The notes beneath the pieces were generated by a model. The model saw only the letters and a list, made by a program, of their open reading frames with translations, made no database searches and was not told the origin of the DNA. Both the position numbers and the translations under genes were made by a program. A stretch of DNA of 64,000 nucleotides, taken from NCBI GenBank assembly GCA_951804945.1, contig OX638155.1, positions 27,590,001-27,654,000 on the forward strand, in the 5' to 3' direction. This document shows positions 26,123-40,320 of the stretch, in pieces. Positions within the stretch are counted from its first letter, which is position 1. Each line of letters begins with the position of its first letter. The DNA comes from Podarcis cretensis (taxonomy: Eukaryota).

Positions 26123-29100
26123 TTAAGAACTGCCATTACAACACTATCTAAAACACTATCATCAACAGGACAACATATGCTCCTCCTGATATCTTATTGA
26201 CACAGAGGAAGACCTTCAGACCTCGGACAATAAAATAGAGGGATTCTTGAAGGAACATAAAATAAAGAACTGTTTCTGTATTTCCCGGGATAGCAGTAAT
26301 TGCCGGTTCTAAGGCTTGTCTGGCTAGAAGCCAATGAGAACCAAAATCACTGCATCAACTCAATTGACAAGCAAGTTACAATATTTCACTTTGGGAGTTA
26401 GAAAGTGATTTGAAGAAATCAACAGTCCATGGTCACTTTTGGAAACAGACATTTCACCAAGGGCTTTGGACTATTTTTTTCAAAAATAATTCAGTTTCAT
26501 TTCTTCAGGTTTTTACATGATGACATTTTCAGGAAATATATTCTAATTGCTGTAGTAAAATTAAGTTGCTTAAAGAGAACACAAGGAAAGCGATCCTGCA
26601 TCAGACCAAGCCATTCCGTTTCATACCACAATGTCCTGAATGATGTTTAACAACATAGCTTGAGCATCCCCAATGCGGACTACATATTTTTATAAGATAA
26701 AATATTGTGATCTAGCAGCCTCATACCTGCTATTACTTGGGAATTCTAAGAACGCACTCCCCACCCCCCAAAAAAGAAAAAAATCAGTGGAGTTTTGAAA
26801 TCAGTAGTGAAAATCAGTGGTTTTGAAAGGTCTAGTTTGCCATATTGATTCAAAATGGTGTCCAATTGTATCCAAACAGAAGAAAGCCCACTCCTTGATC
26901 TCAGGAACCATCTGGTTAATGCATACAGAGGAGGCAAACAACTTTCCAAAATATATAGTGAATTAAAATAACCACAGAATTAAAACACCTCATATGAAAG
27001 GTCTTGTGTTCTTTCAGAAGATGCAAGACCCTAGCAAGCCATTGAGTTGTGGCAACTGATAATGTATTTCTTTTAAGAGCTAAAATTGCCTGAAGGCACG
27101 CACTGTTCTTAGAATATCATGATGGCACTTAATGGCAACAATAAATTCAGGGCTGTGTGCAAGGTAGGCTTTAAAGCATGTCAAAAAACAGCAGCTTCCA
27201 TTCTTTCTCTCTCTCTCCCTCTCCCCCCCCCCCCCCCGCCCCCGCCCCAGATCTCTAGTAAATCAGTGCCAACTTGTTGGTGTAATATGTACTCATCAGA
27301 TCACCCTAGGGAAGGAGGTGTCAGTTCTATCAACAGTCTTCTAGATTAGCCCCATGAAGGTACATTAGAAGGTAGATTCGGAAGAGTCATACGGTAGCAA
27401 TTTAATGCCTTTGTTAAGCCCAACTTTGTCACCCCTTTGCAGTTGTTAGAAAATCTGGGAGGGTGGTGGACAGAAGGATTGATAAAGTTGGACAATATGT
27501 ATGTCAGGAAGCTACAAATGACTGCTTCAGCGCACAACGAAAATATGTTTTCAATTGGCTATTGTCACCTGATTTGAATTTACCTACAGCAGCCAGGACT
27601 TAAGCTTATGAAGCTATGAAAAAGTGTTGCAGGATCCTAAACCAAGCAATACCCAGTTACTCCCTAACAATACCCAGCAATACCCAGTTACTCCCTAACA
27701 CATCTCTACTGTCGCCTATACAAGGCTTGATCCTGGTGTAGCTTAACTTTGTTGTTTCCAATTGGACCCAAATGATGATGTGCACAATCACTGGCTGCAT
27801 TAATCAAGCCCAGATAAATATCACAAAGTCCCTCTACATCTGAATGAGAATTCTCATGAACTCTCCAAACAATGCTGCAAGTTCTCTAAATTGAAACAAT
27901 AGTATACTAAGCATTATGTTACTAACTTGGCACAGTGCATTGGTTCATGCATTATTTCTCTAAAACACATTTTTTAAAGGTTTATGGTTGTTTCAGCAAA
28001 AATTGTTAGGTCACAACATTTATTCTACATAAGAACAATGCACTGGAAAAATCTGGATGGCCTTTCCAGTTCAAAATGAAACAAATATGAACTTAAACTA
28101 TTGGATTCTTCTGCTTTGGAGAATTGTAAATTCAACTTTCTACTTGGGGAAAAAATGCATAGATATATGCAATTCATCTCCAAACTACCTACACAGATGA
28201 GTGAGCTCCAGCCAACTCCATTTCATATCAAAGCCTATATTTTGACAGTGCTTCCATTTTTTATTTCAGAAGCTTCTTCCTTTGTTTAATTTAGTACCCA
28301 CTATTCACTTCTGTTGACTCTTATTGCTTGTAGAAAGCCTTCTTGGCTCTTTTTTAATAGACCAAAATTGGGTTTCATCACTTGAAAATATTGTCTTATG
28401 TTGCTGACAGTTAGTAGAAAAGGATCAATAGATGGAAAACTGCAAAAGGAAGAGCGTTGGATTCTGCCACCACAGCAGCCCAGGAGGGGGTGGAGAGGGG
28501 GAAGGAAGGAGAGAGAAGCCTTTGGCCAGAGTGTGTTACAAACCATTCCAGAAAAGCTAATTACAACAGCAGGTGCCAGATTCAGTGCACAGTTGGCACT
28601 GTGTTCAGAAGACATAAAGCAGTGTTTCAGACCATGATGAGCCTTTCAGAAGTATGATGTTATGTATCTAATCCATAATTTAAATCCCCCAAAATGCTTT
28701 CAGATCCACATGCCTTGAGCCTTTTTCAGTTTAAAACTCCCTTAGATTAAGCACTCAGTATCTCTTCTGTTTATTTACATGGTTGCTCACAGATCTGCTA
28801 TAGATTCTATAAGGTTGTCTTACGGCTATTTTAAAACATAAATTGGTTGAGCTCACTAGATAAGGCTACTGTCACTATTACGAGGATTGAGCAATTTAAG
28901 CTAGCATCAGTTTTTCTTAAGTGAATGGTTTCATTTTCTCATGGCAATCCAAAAGAACGGCTAAGTGGACTTATATTGAGAAGTATACATCTTCTCAGTA
29001 AAAGCTGAGCTGCTTTAACATGTTTACAGTAATCCTTTTCGGTGTATTTCTTTTTGTCTTTTAGTTCTACCTCTCCTGTTTAAATAAAACTTTTTTAAAA

Positions 29101-29619
29101 TGTGCAGTGGAATGATTTGGATTAAATCTCCATAAATATGAAGAAAAGGTGTAAACATTTACTTTGCTGGCATCTTTCTTAGTTTGGGGGGGATTTAATA
29201 TTTTTTTTAATGGATGTGCGGTGTGTGTTTTCCTCCTCAAGAGAGACAGCAAACAGCTGTGAAGATTAAAATGGAGCAAATTCCAATCTTGTAGAGCTCC
29301 ACTGCCTTCTGTGGAGCTCTGCCAGAAATGTGTTCAGCTCCACCTGTCTATGCTGTCTTCCTTCCTGAATATTTTTAGTGTGACTTATTTTGTATCACCA
29401 TCCAGAAAAAAGGCAAAAATAATTATGCAGCAATTCAAATGTGACATTGGGCACATAATAAATGAAACATGATCCATGCAGGGATACGCATAGACAGCAT
29501 CACATCTGAAACAAAGTGCTAGCATATAAATATGTAATCATTAGCAAATCACGGATCTATGGTGTGGGGGTATGTCATGGTCATGTGTTAACACTATACA
29601 CTTAGGCAACCGGTTTTAA

Positions 29620-30330
29620 ACATGATAATGTCATCCATGGTTTCTTGCATAGAGTACTGCAATGCATCATATGTGGGGCTGTCTTGGAAGATGGATCAAA
29701 AACTTCAGATGGTGCAAAATTTGACAGCCAGGTTGCTCGCTGGGGCAAGACGTGTTGAGTCTATAACACTGATTCTGACCCTGTCAATGAGTTTCCAAGC
29801 CTAATTCAAAGTGCTGGTGCTGACCTATAAAGCCTTACACGGCTCAGGACCTCAATACCTTAAGGACCACCTCTCCCCATTCAAACTGACCCGGACCCTG
29901 TGCTTGTCATCCAAGGCTCTTCTCTGCATTCCTGCTCCAAGAGGTTCAGAGGGTGACAACACTAGAACAGGCCTTTTCTGTGGTGGCACCGGAATGCTCT
30001 TCCCAGAAAGGCTCTCCTGGAGCCAATATTACATGTCTTTAGGTGCCAGGGGAAAGCATTCCTCTTTACCCAGGCTTTTAGCCATCAAACTACCTATGGT
30101 TTTTTAAGTTTGTGTGGAGTGGCTGTTTAATGATTTTTTTTCTGTGACTGTTTTATTGTCTTCTATCATTACACTATGTAAATTATGAATGAATGAAACT
30201 TTATTTGCATCAGCCGTCGGCCATAGCAACAAAAAATATTGTGATAGATGTAAATTATGCTTTTAATATGGTATTTCGCCCTGGGATCTTCAGATAAAGG
30301 GAGGTATATAAATTAAATTAATAATAGTGA
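29620..30330 (+). mobile_element. L2/CR1-group LINE 3' fragment
   Basis: YCNASYVGL...KLQMVQNLTARLL and FKVLVLTYKALHGSGPQYLKDHL motifs. Confidence 0.8.
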
Positions 30331-33300
30331 AAATCGAATAATATATGTTTTTTCGTGTCTATTGTAACATTTCAACTGGACCTGATAGGCATACTTTTCT
30401 CTCATCAGTGACTATCTATTCTACATAATCCTGCTGTACAGGTAGGCAGAAACTAGATACACAAATACTATTTTTCTCATCAGTTTGCTCCATGACAGTT
30501 CCATGAATACCAAACTTCTAAGAAGAGAACTGGAACTGCATTCATGGAAAGTCTGCACACCCTATTCTACCACAGCAAATGGGAAGGATGTAAGAATGCC
30601 ACCTCTTAAAGAAGTGCCTGTAATTGCATGTGTATGTGGGCTTGTCCTGTAGTGTCAGCTTGGTGTAAACATGTAGTAAATCTTGGTGGGACAGAACTGT
30701 ATACAGGCTGCATGTCCATGTCATGGACTCCACAGTACCCCATTTGAATAGTAATTTGGAATAGTATTGGAATAGTAATTTGGAAATTGCAGTCTTTTGT
30801 GAAAGCTGACTAGAATAAGAATTGGTCAGCTTTCTTGTTAGGACCACTTCACAAAATACCATGTCCTACATTGCTGTCATTTAAACTGACAGTACATTTT
30901 ACTAAGAACACATTCTCACGTAGCTTTTTCACCACATACATCCTAGGAAAAAATCTGATGCATGAAGTGACCCTAAATTCTAGCTGAATCACTATGCCGT
31001 TAGAGAATATATAGCAATTAAGGCATTATAATCTAAAGGGGTAACTGAAAATTAACAACTGATTGTATCAGATGATAAATATTCTTTTTTTAAAAATGTT
31101 GTAAAGTGCATGCAAACAGTATTGGAGAGTGCAGAATGCTATAATTTGCTTCCTGCTACCCAGGAGCACTGTGTTCAGCAGAATCCTTGCTCTTGTTAAG
31201 ATTTCCAGCTGTAGTTGGAGGCTCTAGGAGTCAACTGTTTTTATTCTAAAATAAGAACTCAGGTTATTTTATAAGACATTATGCCTGCTCTAGGTGGAAG
31301 CTAGAGAACACCTCTGAATCTCTATTACAATAATATTTAAGCCACCTAAGCATATCTTTCTAAGTCCCCACTCTTGCTATTTAGCTGGGAGACGGAAAAG
31401 TATGGTTGTTTATCTGCTACTGATTACAGCTGAACTGATATGGTGTCAAACTGTCTAGATTTGAAGCAGATGGGGCAGAGGACCGTATGATTGTTTCTCC
31501 ATGCACAGCCATAACGTAAGAATATGAGATTTTAAAATAAATAAAACTCTGGAGTTTGGGGCTTGTTGTTTTTTAATATGACCAAAAAAGTTGCTATAAG
31601 AAATTAATAGCATATTTTCATACATTTGTGAATAGCAAAACAAGCATGTTGGGTGCATGTAGTAAAAGGCCAGTTCACTGATATCTGTATGTGGAAGCAA
31701 ATCTTCAGCAGATATATCCTACCTCTTCCCATTCATTGCATCTTTTCATGTTAACTCCATCTGCATTTGCACACATACACTGTTCTCAATGCTCTTGCAC
31801 AAGTGGGACTATCACCTCTTCATCCAATAATGAACATGTGAAGAGGTTCTGATTCAAACTGAAGATTTTATATGTGACATGAGAGGGTGCATGCACCTGA
31901 ACCTTATTGCTGTATAATGTTACATGCTCAGCCTACTTGCTGAGACTCTGAACTAGCTCAAAGCTGTAGCTCAGACTGTCTGAAAGGTCAATATGCCAAC
32001 TAAAAAAATACTCTGGTTAATAATGTTTAAAACAAACAAAATAATGTCAAGCAAGGATTTCCAAAACATGCTCTCCTCTGCCAAAAAAACCAACAACGGT
32101 TATTTACAGAGCAACGATGCTCCTAGGATTGCCAGCATATAGCATCATGAGCCCTCCCTTGCCACTTTTTTTTAACAATGCCAAAAGATGTTGTAATAAT
32201 TTCTGGTCATAATATTTTGCTTCTGTAATCTGTTGCAAAATGCAGAGTAAAATTATTTTTTTGCTGAATTCATGTCAAACAAATTGGATAAGGTCACAAT
32301 CCCCCTGGTCTAGATTTTCATTCTTGAAAGGTTTTCATTAAGTATATTACACCTACCCCTTTCCACAACTGAGCTCACTTCCTTCCTGTCTGGCTTTGAA
32401 CTTTACTGACAAGCAAGGACCAAGATCTCAGCACAGCAATTAGAGAAAAGGCTGTCTTTAAGGCAACTGCAGTTTGCCAGATTCTGACCTGTTGAGTCAA
32501 AGCTCAAGAACAGCAATGCATTATTCTGGGAGAACCCAACTCTACTGGTGCAGCATGCCACTGTTCAGAAGTTAATGTCTAGAATATCATGTTTTAAATG
32601 TATTTAACATTTTATGATCACCTTGTAAGAGCTATGATATAAAAAGAACCTGTAAGTATTAAATTAAAGGACTCTAGTTCTGCTTCCTAACAGACAAGAT
32701 GGCGCAAGATTGAATAGGGACTTGAGGCACCTGAAAATCTTGCTGACCTGAAATTATTATAACAAGAGGCACTGGGAATAGGTCACAATTTGGTAAACCT
32801 AGAAAGCATCAGTTTTACCTTTCTACTCACAGGAGTTTACCGTCAGAGTGTCAGATGCCACCATACAAGATCTTGTCCTAGCAAGCATTTCCATTATAGC
32901 AGTAATGCTGTTTACCAGATCTCCACCCAACTATCACAGTTGCTGGTAAACTCCCAATTCTTCATCCAGTAAGTTCAGCTGTGTTTTACTGCAGTCATTT
33001 CATTGGATCACAGGAAATTTAAAAAATGGTTCCCATGACACAAGCAGCAGACACGTTGCAAAGTAACCTCCCATTATATAAATGTCATTTTATTCTTAGT
33101 AATTTCCAATGGTATTGTGTTGTAATTAGAATTCACATACACAGATTCACACACACACACACACAGCTCAATAAAAAAGACAGCACAGCTGTGCAGCACA
33201 AGGGGCTAGGAAAAGGGATTGAGATGGGTGTCTCTGATAAGGCAAGGGTTCTAGTTGTACCGACATGCTGGCTCTAGGAACTGGTACAATCCTTCCTACT

Positions 33301-33398
33301 AGCTGCCATCTTGGTAAGGGCAAAGTCTAATAATTGTTGCTTCTGCAACTTCTTACGTAAATTCAAAACATTTTTCTCCAAAAGGTAGAATAAATGTT

Positions 33399-33404
33399 TT
33401 TATT
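33399..33404 (-). terminator. Candidate RPP40 polyadenylation signal AATAAA
   Basis: TTTATT on + strand about 300 nt downstream of the RPP40 stop. Confidence 0.5.
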
Positions 33405-33705
33405 TACGTATCATTGTTTTTATAGCAGGATTTTAAACCAACTTCAAACCAACATGTTCCACAACATTTTTTATGGCTGCAAATTTAAAGCTCAAACGTT
33501 AACTATGTTTTTAAAACCCTTACAAACACACACACTTAAATATACAACTAATTTTAAAAAAGAAAATAAGATGAAAATCATTTCACCTTTGTGTTTGATT
33601 TCAAGCCAGATAACCTACCCTTTTAAAGGGTATATTTTTAAAATAATTTTACAAAAATGTCTATTTAATAATACAACACCTTTGAATGCCTTCAGTAGTC
33701 ATTAT

Positions 33706-33901
33706 TTAAGGACAATCATCATATGCTCCAACTGCCATTTGAAGCCAGTAGTCCAAGCTCCTAAAAATTACGAAGTTGTATAAATTCTCCCCGCCTTTTA
33801 GGAAACCATGTTCACTTTCTTTCCAGGAAACAGGGCTGTCAGCAAAGCCATGAACAATGAGCGATATCCAGTGAGCCAACTTTGGTTCTTCAAAATAGGA
33901 A
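33706..33901 (-). CDS. RPP40: RPP40 exon 8 (last coding)
   Basis: SYFEEPKLAHWISLIVHGFADSPVSWKESEHGFLKGGENLYNFVIFRSLDYWLQMAVGAYDDCP*; the eight exons sum to 1092 nt (363 aa + stop) with consistent phases. Confidence 0.96.
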
Positions 33902-34370
33902 CTGTTGTGGGGAAGAAAAGAGAGGCAAAATTATAAATTATATTAAGCTTTGCAAGAGAAGTTAGATCATAGCAGTTCAAGCAAATAGCTTGATCCTATG
34001 GATATATACAGAGAAATAAGTCTTATTGATAAAGAGTATGTACATAAGATTGTTCAAATTAACACACAGGGAGGGATTCACCTAACCAGCACCATCAGTA
34101 GAAACCCTGCACAAGGACTTCTGCTTGTGCTTCCCCCTGCACCCCCCTCCCTGAAATTGGCTGTGAATCAAATGATTGGAAAAACACTGAAACAAATATA
34201 ATACTGTGTACAGTTTTGCATGAACACACATGCAGTGCAACCCAATGCATGTATATTCAGAAGTCAGTTCAGTGGTATTTATGCTGTTGTGTGTTTAGGG
34301 CTCAATTTGATCAACTCCAGGTGTAGTTATAACATGCTAAATAGGACAGATTGTATAGCTAACTGCTTAC

Positions 34371-34505
34371 CATATTTGTTCAAACAAATGAATTATCTTC
34401 TCTGGAAGTATAAAGCCTGTTATTGTACACAACAAAGCTTGTTCTACTGTTGTGCTCGGTTGAGGACATGAATATGTTGATAAGAAACTAGAAGATGTAT
34501 TTTCT
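34371..34505 (-). CDS. RPP40: RPP40 exon 7
   Basis: CAG acceptor, GTAAG donor, 135 nt; ENTSSSFLSTYSCPQPSTTVEQALLCTITGFILPEKIIHLFEQI(C). Confidence 0.95.
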
Positions 34506-35104
34506 CTGCAAAAAAGAACATATGCAAGACTCTTTTAGTATTTTAACATTCTGACTGCTAAATAATTGTTCTGCTTGTGCACCATGCAGCTAAATCACCA
34601 AGTGCTGAATAATTTCCCCTTTCACTGGACAAAATCCATTTAGTAAATTATCATGTACAATTCCCATTGTGTCAGTAGATTGTGCCCTTTGAGATCTGTG
34701 GACAACAGTGATGTCCAGCAGAAAAATTCAGCTTACTTTTTAATAACCTAGATATGGTAATAACTATCCAAATGACATTATGCACTACAGTGTCTAAACA
34801 ACTTTTATTTATAAAAATATTTATATACCACCAAATCACTTAAAATATCAAGGCGGTGTACAACAATTTATACAAACATAATAAAACACAAAAGACAATA
34901 AAAACAATAGAAAATAATCATTAAAATAGCAGGGAAGTTTAACCAGTGGCTTGGCTCTGTCGGCAGAAAAAGGACTTCAACAGATGCCTGAAAGTGGATG
35001 TCTTGTGTTGTGGATACTCCTCCTTTTGCTTGGCTGTTCCTTTCATTTTGAAAATATGATGGGTTTTGCCATTTTATAGTGATGTTTTTCCTACTATTTT
35101 TAAT

Positions 35105-35106
<2 letters not shown>

Positions 35107-35144
<38 letters not shown>
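35107..35144. repeat. (GT)n microsatellite
   Basis: Directly visible. Confidence 0.95.
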
Positions 35145-35147
<3 letters not shown>

Positions 35148-35225
35148 TTGATGTTAAGCCAATTGGGTTTCTTTTGAAGAAAAATAGTCAGACATATATA
35201 CTTACAACAAGCAACAGATACTTAC

Positions 35226-35424
35226 AAGTCAGTATGAGTGAAAATGGCACCTAGCCATTCGAATAATTCCTGAGCACTGCATGCTGTTTCTGGCTCTCCT
35301 TCCAATTTATTGCTTTCCAGAACTGGACACTGCACATTTCTTAATGTGCTGAATGTTATTTTTGGCTGAAGGGCCTGTATTTGGTTTTTGGAAAAGTATG
35401 ACATCAAACTTGATTCTTCTGATC
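35226..35424 (-). CDS. RPP40: RPP40 exon 6
   Basis: AAG acceptor, GTAAG donor, 199 nt; SEESSLMSYFSKNQIQALQPKITFSTLRNVQCPVLESNKLEGEPETACSAQELFEWLGAIFTHTD(L). Confidence 0.95.
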
Positions 35425-35835
35425 CTTGAATGCAAACAACACACCCCAAAAGTTAAAAAAAAGAAATAGACTTTAAAAGGAGCATTTTTCCCCACACTAT
35501 TCAAACACTTTTATGATTGTATGCAATTTGGAAAGATAGATTTAGTGAAATACAGTGTTGAAATTAAATCTACTGTTTATCTGTGCCATGCCAGAGCCTA
35601 AGATTTCCAACCTCCTCCTCTTAATCCCACAAGTTGTCACATTCCTTTTAGGATAAAAAGTATACTTTCAGATCCATTTAGCACTTAGGAGCGCAACCAG
35701 ACTGTGCCACTTTGCTGGAATTTGCATGATCAACATTAGAGGTTTAAACTGAAAAATGAAATTAGAAAAATGCAAGAACACAGGAAAAATAATTCCAAAT
35801 TAGGAAGTGCACGAGGTCATAATTCTAATATGACC

Positions 35836-36320
35836 TAGGACCCTCGTACCTACGAGACCGCCTCTCCCGGTATGCCCCACGGAGAGCTTCAAGGTCCATA
35901 AATATCAACACCCTAGTGGTCCCGGGCCCTAAGGAAGTTAGATTGGCTTCAACCAGAGCCAGGGCCTTTTCAACTCTGGCTCCGGCCTGGTGGAACGCTC
36001 TGCCTCATGAGACCAGGGCCCTGCAGGATCCGATTTCTTTCCGCAGAGCCTGTAAGACAGAGTTGTTCCGCCTGGCCTTTGGCTTGGAGCCAATTTGATT
36101 CCCTCCCTCCCTCTCTTTCTTTTTTTCTTTCCTTCTCCTCCTGCTTTGAGGCTACATTTTATTTTAATATTGTAATATTTTTATGTTGTATTTTAATTTT
36201 GTTTTTAAGTTGTAATCATTCAACTTGTTTTTATTATTGCTTGTAAGCCGCTCTGAGTCCGGCCTTGGCTGGGGAGGGCGGGGTATGAATAAAAAATTAT
36301 TATTATTATTATTATTATTA
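35836..36320 (+). mobile_element. L2-type LINE 3' fragment in RPP40 intron 5
   Basis: PSYLRDRLS, RAFSTLAPAWWNALP, FRRACKTELF; 3' end GGGCGGGGTATGAATAAA + (TTA)n. Confidence 0.82.
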
Positions 36321-36792
36321 ACACACTCCTTATCCCATCCACACAATCTTTAAGGATTATTTGTATAATAATGCTTATTATTATTATCATTATTATTTTG
36401 TACTATATATATATATATATATATATGTAGTCCCTCATTTACTGATTTCTCAAAAACCAAAAAAATCAATTGTTTTTGGTGACTAATATGTACTATCATC
36501 TCCCACAAATTTAGTTCTACTTTCGATGCCTAAGCATTCCAGCCAATTGCATAAAAGAAACCCCATTTCTTAGAAAAGACGTGCACTGCCCAAACTAAGG
36601 TCTGCAGTCTTGCCAAACAAGGGGCTCTCCTGACAGACAGGTTACCCTTCCTATATTACATTTACATGCACCTTAAATGTGTATAGACACCTATAGGTCA
36701 CATGTAAAAACACCAGAATCAGCCTTTAGAATAGAATGGTATTTATAATGTATGTCTTCCGCCATTCCCTTTTATGGTTAACGTGCTGTTAC

Positions 36793-36918
36793 CTGTTTGG
36801 TGCCAAGCCATCAAGAAATCAAACTCTAGTGGCATTTTTTCCTTCAAGGCCCAGATCACTCTGTTGTATTTCTTACTATCAGGGCTGAAGGTTGAATCAG
36901 TCAAGTCAACAGTAATAA
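36793..36918 (-). CDS. RPP40: RPP40 exon 5
   Basis: AG/GT bounded, 126 nt; ITVDLTDSTFSPDSKKYNRVIWALKEKMPLEFDFLMAWHQT. Confidence 0.95.
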
Positions 36919-37978
36919 CTATTAAAAGAAGAAAGCATAAATTTTGATGTGAACATAGTATTAGTAAATCTTATGCTACCTGGATAACTAAGTAAGTACT
37001 CTTTCTAAAAAGAAGCTAAACATTGCAATAAAAAACATTAATGAGTATATACCAGGTATTCATTATTTACAGTATTTATAGACCACCTTTCAACAGAAAA
37101 CAAAAAAGATTCCGTAAGAAAACATTTAGAATCTTCACTAATCCCCAGATGCCTGATGGGATGAAGGTATTTTCACCTGACTACAAAATGAGACCAGGAG
37201 ACACGCAGACTTCCTCAGGAAGAGCATTCCACAGGAGCCACACAAAAAAAGTCCTGCTCCTAGGAGAGAATAACCTTACCTCCCTAGAGGAAGGATTCTA
37301 CAACAAGGCCTTACTAGCACATTTTGAGACTCGGGGGGGGGGGGGGGTTTGAATAGGAGCATGTGCCCTGTGATATATATCGATCTCCGACTGTACATGC
37401 CATTGAAGCATTGTGAATTGATCCCTGAAACAAGCTGGTAATGAATACTGACCTCAACTCATCTCTAGTTCCACAGAACGTTTACTGGCCCAAGATGGGC
37501 ATAAGTATCCTAGTCTGTATCAAAAGGCAGACTGAGCCAGAGAATCATATAACTGTAGAGTTGGAAGGGACCCCGAGGGTCATCTAGTCCAACACTCTGC
37601 AATGCAGCACACGCAATACATGGTCTTCCATCCAACTTGAAACCCTACTGGATGCTGCTTAGCTTTGCAAATGAGCTAGCAATTTTATTGCTGCACCACA
37701 AGGAGGGCTGTCCAATGAGTTGAGCATTATGATATAATTAGGGATGCACATTGAAGTAGGCACATGCATCTGCATGAGCTACATGCGTTGAGAACTACTT
37801 CTTTAAGTATTTCCCTTGTTTGATCAGGAAAATTGATCTATAGGGGGCAAATCTGTTTATTCAAGCAGAATCCAACTCAAATTCCAAACCTCAAAAGCTG
37901 AGGGTATGATGTCCTATATTCATAAGAAAGCCAAGAACTGGAAAGAAGTGAGGTGTTATCTAATAAATAGGTACTTAC

Positions 37979-38074
37979 TGTATCTCATCGGCTTTTTACC
38001 AGAATACAGAGAAGGACGGCCTTGCAGTCCAAGCTCTTCATAAGTATCCTTGTCTACTGATATAATTAATTTGC
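37979..38074 (-). CDS. RPP40: RPP40 exon 4
   Basis: AG/GT bounded, 96 nt; KLIISVDKDTYEELGLQGRPSLYSGKKPMRY. Confidence 0.95.
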
Positions 38075-38680
38075 CTATAAACAAAAATAATTGCAAATAA
38101 GCATATTTTCCAACTTCTTAATACATACTACAAAGTAAAAACACAAACACAAAATGAACTAATAGCACTGAATTAAAATTGTGAACAGTTATTACCAGAA
38201 GATAACAGGGATCAACTACATTGATTCTCATTTTCTACTCTATTTTGGAAAGCAGCTTGTTACGTATACACATTCTGTGGAGTGGTTCATACAAGGATTG
38301 CCTATGCATACTGGCATAAAATATGATGTGAAGGCTGTACACATAGGTCTATATGCTTTGAGGCCTGAGTCTTACAACCCTTAATCCTCAGAAAGAGAAT
38401 AAAAGGCAATGTGAATCAAGACTAGCACTGGAATACCTTAGTTGCACATTTTCTTATATGTGTGTTGAGAAGTACAAACATGCACACTAGATTTTCTACC
38501 TAAAAACATGATATTTGGGCCAGGTGAGTATATGAATTACATCCCCCTCTCTCTTCTGTGGGCACACACACACACATCTTCTATAGACCACTAGCTAGTC
38601 TAACTGAACTGAATGATACTTTTTAGTACTATAAAATTTAAAAAATGCTATATCTATTTGTTTTCAGCATGATATCATAC

Positions 38681-38749
38681 CTGTTGGTAGCAGAGCAGCT
38701 GTATTGTCTTGGTCAATCCTTGTTTTATACGTAAGAGCATAACATGAAC
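38681..38749 (-). CDS. RPP40: RPP40 exon 3
   Basis: AG/GT bounded, 69 nt; (G)SCYALTYKTRIDQDNTAALLPT(G). Confidence 0.95.
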
Positions 38750-38920
38750 CTAAAACACAGAAAGACTTCAGAGTTTATTGTTTCTTTTTTAAAGTCATTA
38801 TTAGTTTTGTTTGTTTTTTATTATATCATGTTCTTCAAAGAAACTGCAATAGTTAAACTAATCTCGGAATGCCACTTCTACTTGTTGTGATGTTACTTCT
38901 AGTAAAAATGTAAAGGTAAA

Positions 38921-39302
38921 GGGACATGGGTGGGGCTGTGGTCTAAACCACTGAGCCTCTTGGGCTTGCCGATTGGAAGGTCAGCAGTTTGAATCCGTGT
39001 GATGGGGAGAGCTCCTGTTGCTCTATCCCAGCTTCTGCAAACCTAGCAGTTCAAAAGCACATCAGTGCAAGTAGATAAATAGGTACTGCTGTTGCAGGAA
39101 GGTAAACAGTGTTTCCGTGCACTCTGGCACTCGTCACCGTGTCCCAATGCACCAGAAGCAGTTTAGTCATGCTTGCCAGATGACCTGGAAAGCTGTCTGT
39201 GGACAAACACCAGCTCCCTTGGCCTGAAAGCGAGATGAGCGCCACACCCCATATTCACCTTTGATTAGACTTAACCATCCAGGAGTCCTTTATCTTTTAC
39301 CT
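38921..39302 (+). mobile_element. Sauria SINE (longer, older variant) in RPP40 intron 2
   Basis: GGGACATGGGTGGGGCTGTGGTCTAAACC head, degenerate ACCTTT tail, 13-bp TSD TTACTTCTAGTAA. Confidence 0.88.
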
Positions 39303-39665
39303 TTACTTCTAGTAACTTCACAAGAAAATTCTGCATTCAAGGATTACAACACTTAGCTTTAAACATCTACTGCAGCAAAAAAACAAAAACAAAAACAAAC
39401 TCCTGCAGCCAGAAGACAAGGCACCAGTGCACTCAAAACCCTCAGACCTATTATATTGGACACAATATTAGAGCCAAAGTAAGCAGAGGCTGTTACAACT
39501 GAATGAAAGACCAAAAAGCAAAAACAAACAATAACACCCAATTTTTCTAAGGTGCTTCTCTTAAAAAATCCTTCAGGAGCCAAATATTTTCTTTAAATTA
39601 ATTACAATCCACCTCTATGAAACAGTTTCAGTCATGCTTTCTTATCTATTTCAATGGTTTCTTAC

Positions 39666-39810
39666 CTTTCTTCACAAATGTGCTAATAAATTCCTGTGTA
39701 ACTAACTCATGAAGCGACAAATTCTTCACCAAGTAGTACTGCCCAATATCTGCAACTGTATTTTTTAATGCTTCTGGAACTACTCCACAGTCAGGGATAA
39801 AAAAAGACAC
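39666..39810 (-). CDS. RPP40: RPP40 exon 2
   Basis: AG/GT bounded, 145 nt; VSFFIPDCGVVPEALKNTVADIGQYYLVKNLSLHELVTQEFISTFVKK(G). Confidence 0.95.
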
Positions 39811-40320
39811 CTATTCAGAGAACATTTGGGATATAAATTAGGTATTACGATCATTGATAAACAGACTGCAAAGTATCTTTTACACAGCTCCACAGATAAA
39901 CATTAATACAATGCTGGCTGTTTTATATTAAATAATATCTCAAACAAATAAGTGTTTTTAACCTATTATGAACAGTTAGTACCCAAATACTTGTGCATTT
40001 GTAACCAATTCTTCTACCAAGAAAGTCAAGATGACAAGGATTTATCCTGCTTTATTCTCCCAGCATTCCTGTGTTAGGTATACTGTTTGTAGGCTTGTTC
40101 AGGCTGAACACCGCTACAAGCTATCTCTACACATTTACAAATGTTTGCAAGAAAGTATCTGGGACTGATGGAAGTTTGGAGTTCTCCAACATCTGTAGGG
40201 CCACAAGTATCCCCTCCTCCCCACGGAAAGCATGCAAGAGGAAAACTGTAGCTCTACAAGCAATATGGACTGGATACAAAAGGCCACATCTGATATGTCC
40301 CCGTTACATGCCTAAATAAT

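Noticed and set aside
26107-26130. Palindrome GTTCTTAAACCGAGGTTTAAGAAC replacing the MITE right TIR
   Set aside because: Most simply a local template-switch or repair scar; no evidence of function.
30541-30580. GCADFP peptide resembling RPP40 GFADSP
   Set aside because: Chance similarity with an immediate stop; the true exon is 33706-33901.
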